From assembly GCA_963772725.1 (NCBI GenBank), contig CAVYYI010000001.1:576001-640000 (forward strand): a stretch of DNA of 64,000 nt. Reading direction: 5' to 3'. Each line of letters begins with the position of its first letter. Positions within the stretch are counted from its first letter, which is position 1. The notes beneath the pieces were generated by a model. The model saw only the letters and a program-made list of their open reading frames with translations, did not search any database and was not told the origin of the DNA. The stretch comes from an uncultured Phycisphaerales bacterium. GTDB lineage: Bacteria > Planctomycetota > Phycisphaerae > Sedimentisphaerales > Anaerobacaceae. The translations under genes and the position numbers were made by a program. Shown here in pieces: positions 51,772 to 61,802 of this stretch.

Positions 51772-52707
51772 ATGGCAGAACAGAAAAAATATTTATTTGG
51801 GCCGGTGCCTTCGAGGAGGCTTGGCCGCAGCCTTGGTGTGGATATTGTCCCCTTTAAGGTCTGTACCCTCGATTGTGTTTATTGTCAGCTCGGCAGAACC
51901 ACGGAAAAATCTATCGAGCGTAAAGAGTATGTCTCGATTGAGGCTGTTTTAGAAGAATTAAAGCAGAGAATTTCCGAGGGGCTAAACGCCGACCACATTA
52001 CCATCAGCGGTTCAGGCGAACCGACGTTAAATTCTCGTATGGGAGAACTTATCGACGGTATCAAAAAAATCGCCGATGTGCCTGTGGCTGTTATAACAAA
52101 TGGAACCCTGCTTAATGATAAAGGCGTCCGGGCACAATGCGCAAAGGCTGATGTGGTTTTGCCTTCTCTGGATGCCGGTGATGAAGAGGTTTTTGAGAAA
52201 ATCAATCGGCCGCACAAAAAAATTTCATTTAAAAGTCTTGTCGATGGACTATGCCAATTCAGGAAAGAATACACCGGCCAAATATGGCTTGAGGTATTTT
52301 TTGTTGAGGGTGTCAATACCGACAGCGGCCAAATTGCAAAGATTAGGGAAACGATAAAAAAGATTCGGCCCGATAAAATCCAGCTTAACACGGCGGTAAG
52401 GCCTACTGCGGATAGTGGTGTCCGCAAAGTTAAAGCCGAAAAACTCAAACAAATTGCCAAAGAACTGGGGGATAACGCAGAAGTTATAGCCGATTTTGAT
52501 GTTAGCGGCGGTTCTGACAGGCATAATCTTATTAATGACGAGAATGTGTTATCTATGCTGAAACGCAGGCCCTGCTCGCTGGATGATATATGTTCAGGCC
52601 TGGAAATCAACCGCAATATGGCGGTTAAGCATATTACCTCTCTTGAGAAGAAAAAACTCATCATTTCCGAAGAAAAAGGCGGGAAAGTTTTTTACAAAGC
52701 CTGTTAA
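51772..52707 (+). CDS. Radical SAM protein (Tyw1-like prokaryotic family)
   Basis: FGPVPSRRLGRSLG, CTLDCVYC, GSGEPT. Confidence 0.85.
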   Translation: MAEQKKYLFGPVPSRRLGRSLGVDIVPFKVCTLDCVYCQLGRTTEKSIERKEYVSIEAVLEELKQRISEGLNADHITISGSGEPTLNSRMGELIDGIKKIADVPVAVITNGTLLNDKGVRAQCAKADVVLPSLDAGDEEVFEKINRPHKKISFKSLVDGLCQFRKEYTGQIWLEVFFVEGVNTDSGQIAKIRETIKKIRPDKIQLNTAVRPTADSGVRKVKAEKLKQIAKELGDNAEVIADFDVSGGSDRHNLINDENVLSMLKRRPCSLDDICSGLEINRNMAVKHITSLEKKKLIISEEKGGKVFYKAC

Positions 52708-52818
52708 GTAAAAAACGAACCGTTCCTCTGAGTTTTCACGGATTTATTCCAAATTTCTTAATATTTGGTACCCATTCTATAAAGAAATTAGCCGTTCTGG
52801 TCGATAAAATCTTTGTAA

Positions 52819-53058
52819 ATGAAAAGAAATAAGCGACAACTGGTTTTAAGTAAGGGTCAGGAGAAGTTTGTTTTCCGCTATGAGCCGGGCTGTGAAGACA
52901 AGCTTTTAGAGGCCCTTATCGAGCAGGCCAAGGACAGGCGAACGTGTTTTGACTGGTTTGATGCCGCCGTTTTGAGCTTCAAACTGACCCAATCGCTTAT
53001 CGGGCAGGCTGATGAGCTTCTGCGGGAAAGCCGGGGGTCGCAAATAAAGGTAAATTAA
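52819..53058 (+). CDS. Small hypothetical protein
   Basis: 79-aa ORF, FVFRY..FDWFDAAVLS, co-oriented with xerC. Confidence 0.7.
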   Translation: MKRNKRQLVLSKGQEKFVFRYEPGCEDKLLEALIEQAKDRRTCFDWFDAAVLSFKLTQSLIGQADELLRESRGSQIKVN

Positions 53059-53094
53059 CCAAAAGGTTTTCAGTAATAAATAGGCAGGTGAAAT

Positions 53095-54108
53095 ATGGAA
53101 AATAGTAGCGCATTGGTTCAGGAATTTATCAATTACTTAAATTTCGAGAAACGATTTTCTGAGCATACGGCCAAATGTTATGGTGCCGATTTGGTACAGT
53201 TTGGAGAATTTGTTCTTAACGGCTCTGCCGGCGGTTCACCTGACAACAATTCGGCTGTCTCCTCACATGGAGGTCTGGCAACAGCGGTGGAGACGCAAAC
53301 CAGCCAAAAGATTGACCAGGTTCTTTTATCGGTTGATGTAAATACCGTAAGAGCATATCTGTCGCTTCTCAGCGAAAAGAACTATTCGAAGGCGACTATG
53401 GCGAGAAAACTTGCCACGCTGCGAAGTTTTTACAAATTTCTTGTTAAGAGAAATCAAATCAGTTCGAATCCGGTTACAGCGGTAAGGACTCCAAAACAGG
53501 ACAAAAGACTGCCTAAGTTTCTTACGTATGAAGACGTTAAGAGGCTGATTGAGACACCGCCGACAAACTCCTGGCTTGGGGCAAGAGACAGAGCCATTCT
53601 TGAAACGCTTTATAGCACAGGTTTGAGGGTCAGCGAGCTGGTTGCACTGAATATGGACGATATAGACTTTCTGGGTGAGGTTGCGCATATTCGCGGCAAG
53701 GGAAAGAAGGAAAGAATTACCCCGATAGGCTCATCAGCTTTGCAGGCTATTCAGCACTATATGGAATACAGGATTAAAAGAGCTCAAAGCAACAGTAATT
53801 TCGACCCCAAGGTTTTGTTTGTAAATAAGCACGGACGAAGACTAAGCACGAGAAGTGTCCGCCGCAAGATGGATAAATATCTTGAAATGGCAGGCATGGA
53901 TCCATCGGTTAGTCCTCATACATTGCGGCACAGTTTCGCGACACACATGCTGAATAATGGAGCCGATTTGCGCAGCGTTCAGGAATTGCTTGGACATCAG
54001 TCACTCTCGACAACTCAGATTTATACTCATCTCACCACGAGTAAACTGAAGGAAGTTTATGATAATGCACATCCTTTGGAAAAGAATGAGCAAAGCAAAC
54101 CGGAGTAG
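53095..54108 (+). CDS. xerC: Tyrosine recombinase XerC/XerD
   Basis: RDRAILETLYSTGLRVSE, GKGKKER, HTLRHSFATH, LLGH, TTQIYTH. Confidence 0.88.
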   Translation: MENSSALVQEFINYLNFEKRFSEHTAKCYGADLVQFGEFVLNGSAGGSPDNNSAVSSHGGLATAVETQTSQKIDQVLLSVDVNTVRAYLSLLSEKNYSKATMARKLATLRSFYKFLVKRNQISSNPVTAVRTPKQDKRLPKFLTYEDVKRLIETPPTNSWLGARDRAILETLYSTGLRVSELVALNMDDIDFLGEVAHIRGKGKKERITPIGSSALQAIQHYMEYRIKRAQSNSNFDPKVLFVNKHGRRLSTRSVRRKMDKYLEMAGMDPSVSPHTLRHSFATHMLNNGADLRSVQELLGHQSLSTTQIYTHLTTSKLKEVYDNAHPLEKNEQSKPE

Positions 54109-54130
54109 AAAATTTACCAGGTGTTAATAA

Positions 54131-54910
54131 TTGGCAAGTGTTATCGAAAAACGTCGTTCCTTGCACAGAAATCTTGCGCAGCAGCAAAAGCAGAATGACA
54201 GTCTAAAATTACAGAACAGCCAGCTTCATGCATTGGCCAATATCGGCGTAACAACATGTATGATGGCCCACGAAATCAATAATCTGCTCACACCTGCGAT
54301 TAACTATACCTCCCTGGCGATAGCCAATCCCGATGATAAGGCTTTGGCTCAAAAAGCCCTTGAAAAAACCGCCCGCAACTGTGAACATGTCTCGAAAGTG
54401 ATGCAAAGCATATTATCTATGGTAAATGGGGAGGCTAAAGAGAAGAAGCATACGAGGTTAAGAACTTTGGTTGACGAGATATTCTCCTGCCTGTGCAGAG
54501 ATTTTACCAAGGATTCGATAGCCGTTAAAATTCAGATTCCTGACGACCTGACGGTTTATGCCGTACCGGTTGACATTCAGCAGGTTTTGATGAATCTCAT
54601 TCTAAATGCCAGAGACGCGATGCTGCCTCGCGGCGGGGCGCTGACCATCAAGGCGGATATTATTAGCGATAAAGTTCAGATAGAAGTAGCTGACACGGGC
54701 TGCGGCATCGAAAAAGATAATCTCAACAAAATTTTTGAGCCTTTTTTCACAACAAAAAAAACCAAACAGGCATCATCGCAAAATTCGGGTTTCGGCCTGG
54801 GATTGGCATTTTGCAGGAAGATAATAGATGAACATCACGGAGTAATATCCGTTGAATCAAAGCCCGGCACCGGCACAACATTCAGGATAATATTATCACA
54901 CACAAAGTAA
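54131..54910 (+). CDS. Cytoplasmic histidine kinase without sensor domain
   Basis: AHEINN H-box, NARDA N-box, DTGCG, FEPFFTTK, GFGLGL. Confidence 0.88.
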   Translation: MASVIEKRRSLHRNLAQQQKQNDSLKLQNSQLHALANIGVTTCMMAHEINNLLTPAINYTSLAIANPDDKALAQKALEKTARNCEHVSKVMQSILSMVNGEAKEKKHTRLRTLVDEIFSCLCRDFTKDSIAVKIQIPDDLTVYAVPVDIQQVLMNLILNARDAMLPRGGALTIKADIISDKVQIEVADTGCGIEKDNLNKIFEPFFTTKKTKQASSQNSGFGLGLAFCRKIIDEHHGVISVESKPGTGTTFRIILSHTK

Positions 54911-54932
54911 GTGATTGAGCAAATACAGTTTG

Positions 54933-56201
54933 CTATTCATGTCGAAGGGCGACGATGGGGTCAACGTTCGCGGCGCGGACGGCAGGGTATAATCCGAAAA
55001 TAATACCTATAAATACGCTTATCACAAGCGGCAGGACAATACTCGATACTGTGACTATCGTGGGCATTCCGGAAAAATAGGTTATAATCTTTGGGATAAG
55101 AATTCCCATACCTACGCCGATTAATCCGCCGAGAGTCGAAAGCACAACCGTTTCGATGATGAATTGCCCGATGATTTGATTGCGTTTGGCGCCGATGGCC
55201 CTGCGGATTCCTATCTCGCGCGTCCGTTCCGTTACAGAAGCGAGCATAATGTTCATAATACCTATGCCGCCGACCAGGAGGCTGATACCCGCTATTGAGC
55301 CGAGAACGATGTTAAACGTTCGCTTAGTTGCTTCAGCTTCTCTAAGCAGGGCAAGTGGTACGCTGATAACATAGTCTTTTTTCTTGTGCGAGCGTTTGAG
55401 TAATTTTTCTATCGCTGTGGCAGTTGATTCAACATTATCGGCAGAATCAATTTGTACAATAATCTGGTGCAGCTCAACATTTTCCATCTCGTCCGAACCC
55501 GAAGTCCTGCGGCGATTTATGTCGCCGAAATACTTACGTGCCACTCCTATGGGGATATAGGCATCCGTTTCCTGGTCAGGAAGGGCGATATTTTCAGCCT
55601 CTCCGCTTTCATTTTTAACGATTCCAATTATTTTAAAATAACTGCCTCCCATTTTAACGCTTTGGCCTATCGTGTTTTCGGCAGCAAGAAGCTTTCTTGC
55701 GCCAAATTCGGTAAGGACAGTCACCGGAACTTTATCCTCAATGTCTGAAGGCAGAATTACCCGTCCGGCGATTAGGGGTCTTTTGACAAGTTCAAACCAT
55801 TCCGGAGAAGTGCCGACAATTCGCAATTCCAGCATCCTTTCTCCGAGACGCCCTTCCTTGCGAACGGCTTTTACGGGAGCAGCCTGCGTTATGCTGTCGA
55901 ATGTTTCGGCGACTCTGTCGAAATCTTCATAGGTAAGGCCGTAAACGCTCATCCTGCTTCGTTTGCTGGTGGAGGATTCCTCTTCAACGGATTTTATTGA
56001 GTTTATGATAATATTATTGCTGCCGAGTTTGCTGATTCGTTCAAGAGCCTGCTTACTTGCACCTTCGCCTACGGAAAGCATCGCCACCACGCTGCCGACG
56101 CCGAAAACAACACCGAGCATTGTCAAAAACGAACGCAGCTTATGCAGGAGAAGATTCTCAATGCCCAGCAGAATATTTCTAACAAGCTTGACCTGATGCA
56201 T
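54933..56201 (-). CDS. MacB-family ABC transporter permease
   Basis: RSFLTMLGVVFG, GGIGIMNIML..ERTREIGIRRAIGA. Confidence 0.92.
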   Translation of the reverse strand: MHQVKLVRNILLGIENLLLHKLRSFLTMLGVVFGVGSVVAMLSVGEGASKQALERISKLGSNNIIINSIKSVEEESSTSKRSRMSVYGLTYEDFDRVAETFDSITQAAPVKAVRKEGRLGERMLELRIVGTSPEWFELVKRPLIAGRVILPSDIEDKVPVTVLTEFGARKLLAAENTIGQSVKMGGSYFKIIGIVKNESGEAENIALPDQETDAYIPIGVARKYFGDINRRRTSGSDEMENVELHQIIVQIDSADNVESTATAIEKLLKRSHKKKDYVISVPLALLREAEATKRTFNIVLGSIAGISLLVGGIGIMNIMLASVTERTREIGIRRAIGAKRNQIIGQFIIETVVLSTLGGLIGVGMGILIPKIITYFSGMPTIVTVSSIVLPLVISVFIGIIFGLYPAVRAANVDPIVALRHE

Positions 56202-56203
56202 TG

Positions 56204-56908
56204 TTATTGCTCCTCGATTCTATCGATAATACCGTCTTTCATATGCAATCGTTTTGCGGCGTATGCGGCGATGTCCGGTTCGTGGGTAACCATAATTATG
56301 GTTTTACCGTTTCGGTTAAGTTCCGTTAGAAGCTGCATAATCTGTACACCGGTTGCTGAATCGAGATTCCCGGTAGGTTCATCGGCTAAAAGCACTTCCG
56401 GATCATTTGCCAGTGCCCTGGCGATAGCGACACGCTGCATCTGGCCGCCGGAAAGTTCCATTGGATGATGATTTAGCCTGGTTTCAAGACCAACCATTTC
56501 AGCAAGCTCTTTTGCTCTTTGTGCGCTTTTGTCTGCTTCCCAGCCCAGATAGTAAAGAGGCAATTCAATATTTCTCTGTACGGTCAGTTGTGGTATCAGA
56601 TTAAAACTCTGAAAGATGAAACCGAGATGCCTGAGGCGAATTTCACTTAAGGCGTCATCATCGATAGTACTGACATCTGTCCCTTCAAGTATATAACGGC
56701 CTGAAGTAAGTCTGTCGAGGCAGCCCAGAATATTCAGCATTGTGCTTTTGCCGGAACCGCTGTGGCCCATAATCGCCCAGAAACTGCCTCTGCTGAATGA
56801 GACAGAAATCCCTGCCACCGCCCTTACCTGCTGTTTACCCATCTGGTAAAATTTACAGGCATTTTCAAGCTGGATTGAATGATTATTTGTATGAGAAGAC
56901 AAACTCAT
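56204..56908 (-). CDS. ABC transporter ATP-binding protein (LolD/MacB type)
   Basis: GHSGSGKST, LSGGQMQR, DEPTGNLD, VTH. Confidence 0.95.
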   Translation of the reverse strand: MSLSSHTNNHSIQLENACKFYQMGKQQVRAVAGISVSFSRGSFWAIMGHSGSGKSTMLNILGCLDRLTSGRYILEGTDVSTIDDDALSEIRLRHLGFIFQSFNLIPQLTVQRNIELPLYYLGWEADKSAQRAKELAEMVGLETRLNHHPMELSGGQMQRVAIARALANDPEVLLADEPTGNLDSATGVQIMQLLTELNRNGKTIIMVTHEPDIAAYAAKRLHMKDGIIDRIEEQ

Positions 56909-58716
56909 TTTCCAACCTCGGGGTTTTGGCGGTTTTTCGTAAATCTTTCCCTGTTTTTTTCACGCTCTTCAGGAGACATCTTATCCAATCTTTCGCGCAT
57001 TTTCTGTCTCTGCTCCGGGGTGAGATTTCTCGGACTGCGGGAATTGGCGTCGGCGCCGCTCATGGGGAGTTTTCTTTCAGCCGCTGCTCCAGGAGTGTAA
57101 GGTGACTCAGGCTGCGGGATTTCCGCAGCTTTGGCAATATTTTGATTCAGAGCGGCTGGTTGTTCAGTTTTGACTGGTGTTTCAGCAGCCGCTGCGGCGG
57201 AAGTCTTTTCCTTTAGCGGTTCCAAAGCTGCTGAAGCCAGTGATGGATTAAGCTGAATAATCTCACCGAGAGCCAAACCGCTGATAATTCTGACCATATT
57301 ATTATTATCCATTCCGAGTTCAACGGTTCTCGGTTCGATAGTGTTGCCTTGTACAATAAAAACGGTGGATTCGCCTTTGACTTTCAGAACAGACTGAATC
57401 GGTATATATACTACGTCTTTATACTGCTCAACAATTATCTCTGTCCTGCAACTCATCCCTGTACGGAGCGTACTTCCGTCCCCGTCGATATAAATCTCGG
57501 TATTATAAACCTTCAAATCAGGGTTAAGATACATACTTTGAGCATTAGGAAGGGGGGCAATTTTGGCTACCTGACCTGTGTACTTTTTGCCCGGCAGCGC
57601 ATCAACGGTAACTGTTACGGGCATACCTATCTTGACCTTTTCAAGACTCGATTCGTGAATTGTAATCTCTGCTTTGACAGATGAGGCTGTTGGTATATAT
57701 ATTAGTTCCTGGCGTTCGTGCACCACCTGACCTTCAGTAAGAGGTTCTTCATTGTAGCGGAAGCCGCCGCTCCTGGCGCTGCTGGCGTAAATTACAGGCC
57801 CGTCGGCGGGAGCGTATATCTTGGTTTTTTCAATTTGTTTTTCGAGTTTTGCAAGTTTATCCTTTTGCTGGTTGAACTCGGCTTCTTTTGCAACAAGTTC
57901 CGCTTTTGCCTGAACAACATCGGCGTTGGCCTTGCGATTTGTCCGCTCAAGAGCCATATCCGCCTGCTTAATATCGCTCTCGTACTGAGCTGACTGACGT
58001 TTATATGTGAAATTCTTGAGCAGTTCGAGATTGCTTTCTGCAAGCTCAAGGTCAAGACCGCTTTTCGTGAAAGCTAACTCATCTGCCTGAAGCTGTGTTT
58101 GGGAAATATACTTTTCGGCGTACAGTTTTTGTGACCATTCATATGTTTGTTTAGTCCGTTCTCGTTCCTCCTGAGCAATGGTGATTTTATTCTGGGCCTC
58201 TTTTAACTGGTTTGGATAATCGCCCTTTATATATTTATCCAAATCCTGTTTGGCAAATTCGAGAGTTAGCTGCGCTTTATCTATGTCACTCTTGGACTGA
58301 TTTTCCACAACCGCGAGATTCTCACGAGCCTGAACAAAACTTGCCTCGGCGTTTTGGACCTTAATTTCCTGCTCAATTTTTGAATCCAGCAAATCGGCGG
58401 AGTCTAGTTCGATGAGCAACTCTCCTTTTTTGACAATAGCGCCTTCCGGGATTAGCGATAAAATCGTTGGTTGGCCTTCGACCTCACTTTTGATAATTGC
58501 CTGTTCGCGAGGCTTTATGGTGCCGGCTTCTGTTACGCTGATTTTAAGGTTGCCTTTTCTAACCGTAAAGATAGCCATATTGCCGTTCGACGCCACATTG
58601 CCGGAGATTTTAATCGCCGTCGCGCCAATACCAGCCACTAAAAGCAGAGAAATAACAACTATTATTATTAAGCGGTTCTTTCTGATAAAATTGAATATTT
58701 TGTTAGTGTTCTGCAC
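56905..58716 (-). CDS. Efflux periplasmic adaptor (MacA/HlyD family) with long coiled coil
   Basis: N-terminal TM, lipoyl halves (VKKGELLIELD; IYAPADG), LRTGMS. Confidence 0.88.
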   Translation of the reverse strand: MQNTNKIFNFIRKNRLIIIVVISLLLVAGIGATAIKISGNVASNGNMAIFTVRKGNLKISVTEAGTIKPREQAIIKSEVEGQPTILSLIPEGAIVKKGELLIELDSADLLDSKIEQEIKVQNAEASFVQARENLAVVENQSKSDIDKAQLTLEFAKQDLDKYIKGDYPNQLKEAQNKITIAQEERERTKQTYEWSQKLYAEKYISQTQLQADELAFTKSGLDLELAESNLELLKNFTYKRQSAQYESDIKQADMALERTNRKANADVVQAKAELVAKEAEFNQQKDKLAKLEKQIEKTKIYAPADGPVIYASSARSGGFRYNEEPLTEGQVVHERQELIYIPTASSVKAEITIHESSLEKVKIGMPVTVTVDALPGKKYTGQVAKIAPLPNAQSMYLNPDLKVYNTEIYIDGDGSTLRTGMSCRTEIIVEQYKDVVYIPIQSVLKVKGESTVFIVQGNTIEPRTVELGMDNNNMVRIISGLALGEIIQLNPSLASAALEPLKEKTSAAAAAETPVKTEQPAALNQNIAKAAEIPQPESPYTPGAAAERKLPMSGADANSRSPRNLTPEQRQKMRERLDKMSPEEREKNRERFTKNRQNPEVGK

Positions 58717-60617
58717 TGTTTCCTTTCTTTGGCACATATTCCTGCCATAATCCATTTTCATCAATTTTTAATACACCCATATCACTCTGCAAAAAAAGCT
58801 CCGCAACTCTGTAACTGACCGCTGCCGATGTCAATTGGTTTTGAGCGGAAAGCAAGTCGTTCCGTGCGTCCAGCAAGTCACGTATTTCTGCCAGGCCAGC
58901 CTCAAGAAACAGACTCGTGCTGTCAACTCGCTTTTGCGCCAGTACAACCGCCTGAGTCTGAATCTTAAGACTTTCTCGCGACTGAAGAAGGTCGCGAAGC
59001 CGGTTACGGACATCAAGTTTAATCGAGTCCTCGAGGTCCTGCATGCTTCGTACAGCCCGCTCGAGCAGGATGTAACTGTTACGATAATCATTGCGTTCCT
59101 TTGTCCTTTCCAGTGGCAAATCGAGCGTAACAGCCCCTGAATATACGCCTTTTTCAGGACGAAGTTCAGCATCATCGAGACCTGCGGTTGCCACTGACCT
59201 TCGCCCGCCGACATTTGCCGAACCAAAAAGCGTTAAATCAGCCCTCAATGCGTCAGCGGAAACGACAACATTCCTCTGAGCGTCGTAAACCGCTCCTTTG
59301 GCGATTTGTAAATCATAACGGTTTTCCAGACCTAACTCTACAGCGAGTCGGTCATTGAGTTCGAGAGGTCCCGCATTTTCTCTGCCCGGCGGGATAAGTT
59401 TAACAGGTGCGTCCGCCGGAGGAACTTTTTCATTAGGATCACCATTTTTTATATTAGTCTCGTTAATTGCTAATTTCTCTGCTGGCGCAGTAATTTTATT
59501 TAACTCGCTTCTATCGAGCTCGACATTGGCATCCGGCGGAAGACCCAGAAGATTTTTAAACAAATCCAACGCGCTCTTATAAGTTTCCATTTCCCTTATC
59601 CAGCGGTCGCGAGCGCTTAATTCACTTTGAACAGCCTGGTCAACCTGTATTTCCGATAATCGGCCTGCGTCAGCAAGCCTTCTGGCGCGGCGTGCGGACG
59701 CCACAAGTCCGCGATAATTTTCCTCCGAGTTCGCTATCTGGTTCGAGCTGTCGCATTACCCCAAGGTACTGATTGGCGATACTGACCGCAAAAGTCTGCT
59801 TGAATCTTTCAAAATTATAAATGCTGTACACCACGTCTCGTTCTGCCTGGGTTAGCGGTTCAGTTACAATGTATTCGCCAGAACCTCGCAATAAAGGAAT
59901 GCTTATTGATGCGTCGCCTGCCATACCCATCGATGATGCCTTATCCAGCGTTAGCAGTTTGGCAAGATCAACAGCTAATGCGGTACTTATTTGAGTTCCA
60001 TTTTTGAGCTTCCTGTCTAAGCCGACCTGTCCGCTGGTTGTTGTGCCGCTGACAGTTTTGTCGCCTCCCATATCGGTACTGATAAGGCTTTGAACTTCTC
60101 CATTAAAGATATTGCGAAACTCATTGCGTTCAAGGTCGAGTCTAAGGGCGGCAAGAAAAATATTCTCTTTGGTGTTCTGATAATCGAAATTGTTGCGGGC
60201 ACCTATCTGAAGAGCGTCCAGCAGCGAAAGTTTATGTACAGATTCACCGTCCAGCATCGAAAGCGGCTCAAGTGGAGAAGCGTTTGATTCTGCGGGATAG
60301 TCTTTTTCAGGCCAGTGTTCGATACGTGGCAGTTTGTCTGTTCCAAGCGACGCGGGGCTGGTGTAAGGCAGGTTTTGCTCCGATAGAAGGCGGCGGCGAA
60401 AAATGTCGCTCGGTCTTTCTATGTCGATTCCCGGAGAACTCCCTAAAGTCTGTTCCTGCGCCTCTTTAATTATGTTTTCCGCGACTTTGTCAGCCTGTTT
60501 TCGATAGTCCTCAGGCGATTTACACCCGCAATACGCGGTTAGTATTGCGCATAGTAACAGCAATGCGAAATAACTCGCAAAATTGCGGCGAACAAATTTT
60601 TTAAACAGCTCTGACAT
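58703..60617 (-). CDS. TolC-family outer membrane efflux lipoprotein (frameshift near 59740)
   Basis: CGC lipobox, LSLLDALQIG..N, IPLLRG, LPLERT..RN. Confidence 0.8.
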
Positions 60618-61223
60618 TTAAGTAACTTGCCTCAGTTTTAGCTGTACGTTTTTCGTTAATTCCACCGGCACCTGCATAAACAAAGCGACGAGAAGTTCAT
60701 AACCATTTACGGTTTTAGAAGAATTCCGCAAATCTTTTGCCTGTGTACGGAGCATACTCAGTAAATATCGGGCGAGCATATCTGTTGAAATATCAGCCCT
60801 TATCGCGTTTGATGAAACACCCTGTGAGAGTATTTCCGAGACGGCGGCGACAAGTTTTTTGCGTTTGAGCGCCCATTGCTGTTTGAATTGATGACAGCAT
60901 ACCCGGGATGTTTCATTTTGGCCAAGCAATTGTCGGTGTTTCTCGAAAAAGCGGCCTATCGCTCTGCTTATGTCCATAAGCTTTTCGGAAAAAGAGCGAT
61001 TATCGCAAAATTTCCTTTTCACCAGTTCACAAAGCTCGTCGAAACCGAATGCAGCCGACTGAAAGAAAAGGTCGTTCTTGTCCTTGAAATAGTTGTATAT
61101 TGTCCCCTTGCCGATATGAGCCGCCTGTGCCACCTCATCGAGTGTAATTTCGTGTATTCCGCGGTTGACAGAAAGCCTTTCTATCGCCCGAATAATCTGC
61201 TGGCGTCTGTCCTTACAGAACAT
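60618..61223 (-). CDS. TetR/AcrR family transcriptional regulator
   Basis: ITLDEVAQAAHIGKGTIYNYFKDKNDL HTH. Confidence 0.92.
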   Translation of the reverse strand: MFCKDRRQQIIRAIERLSVNRGIHEITLDEVAQAAHIGKGTIYNYFKDKNDLFFQSAAFGFDELCELVKRKFCDNRSFSEKLMDISRAIGRFFEKHRQLLGQNETSRVCCHQFKQQWALKRKKLVAAVSEILSQGVSSNAIRADISTDMLARYLLSMLRTQAKDLRNSSKTVNGYELLVALFMQVPVELTKNVQLKLRQVT

Positions 61224-61251
61224 ATCACCTCTCCTTATTAATTACAGAAAA

Positions 61252-61294
61252 ACTGACCAGTCAGTATTATACCAAAAAAAACACGCAATTGCAA
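61252..61294 (-). promoter_or_regulatory. Sigma70-type promoter with TetR-type operator
   Basis: TTGCAA (61289-61294) N17 TATAAT (61266-61271); palindrome ACTGAC-CA-GTCAGT (61252-61265) immediately downstream. Confidence 0.75.
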
Positions 61295-61361
61295 CAGGCA
61301 ACAAGGTTGTTTTTCAAACAAAACGCGTTTTTTTGTGTGGCGTGGGGGATTAATAAAGCAA

Positions 61362-61435
61362 TATCCCCGTCGAGATTCGAACTCGAAACCTTTGGCTTCG
61401 GAGGCCAACGCTCTATCCAGTTGAGCTACGGGGAC
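61362..61435 (-). tRNA. tRNA-Arg(CCG)
   Basis: GTCCCCG acceptor, TAGCTCAACTGGATAGAGC D arm, TTGGC-CTCCGAA-GCCAA anticodon arm, GTTCGAATC T loop; CCA not encoded. Confidence 0.95.
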
Positions 61436-61455
61436 AACATTACAGCGGTATCGAC

Positions 61456-61552
61456 AAAATACGCTAAAGAAACCGCAAAGTCAAGCACATACAGCCGATT
61501 ACCGCAAACCCGACCTTATCCTCTTGCAAAATTGGCATCGATGGTGTAAAGT
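61456..61552. promoter_or_regulatory. Divergent promoters for the two tRNA genes
   Basis: Minus: TTGACT (61479-84) N17 TATTTT (61456-61). Plus: TTGCAA (61524-29) N17 TAAAGT (61547-52). Confidence 0.55.
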
Positions 61553-61581
61553 TAGTGAAAATTTGGTGTTTTTTAAAAAGT

Positions 61582-61631
61582 GGAGCAGTGGCAGAGTGGC
61601 TGAACGCGACGGTCTTGAAAACCGCCATACC
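61582..61631 (+). pseudogene. 5' half of tRNA-Ser(TGA), probable attachment site
   Basis: GGAGCAGTGGCAGAGTGGCTGAACGCG-ACGGT-CTTGAAA-ACCGC then no T arm or 3' acceptor strand. Confidence 0.75.
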
Positions 61632-61802
61632 TTAGATTACAAAGTCGTTTCTGAGCTTAAAACGCCAGTTTTTGACAAAAAGAAGCAACCAATGCGCAAC
61701 CAAACGTATCTGAGTTTTTGAAATTTCTTTTGCTTTTCAGCGGTTAATAGATTAAGTTAAGTGTAATTGCGATTAACCGTTTTATTGCAAAGGAGATTGA
61801 AA

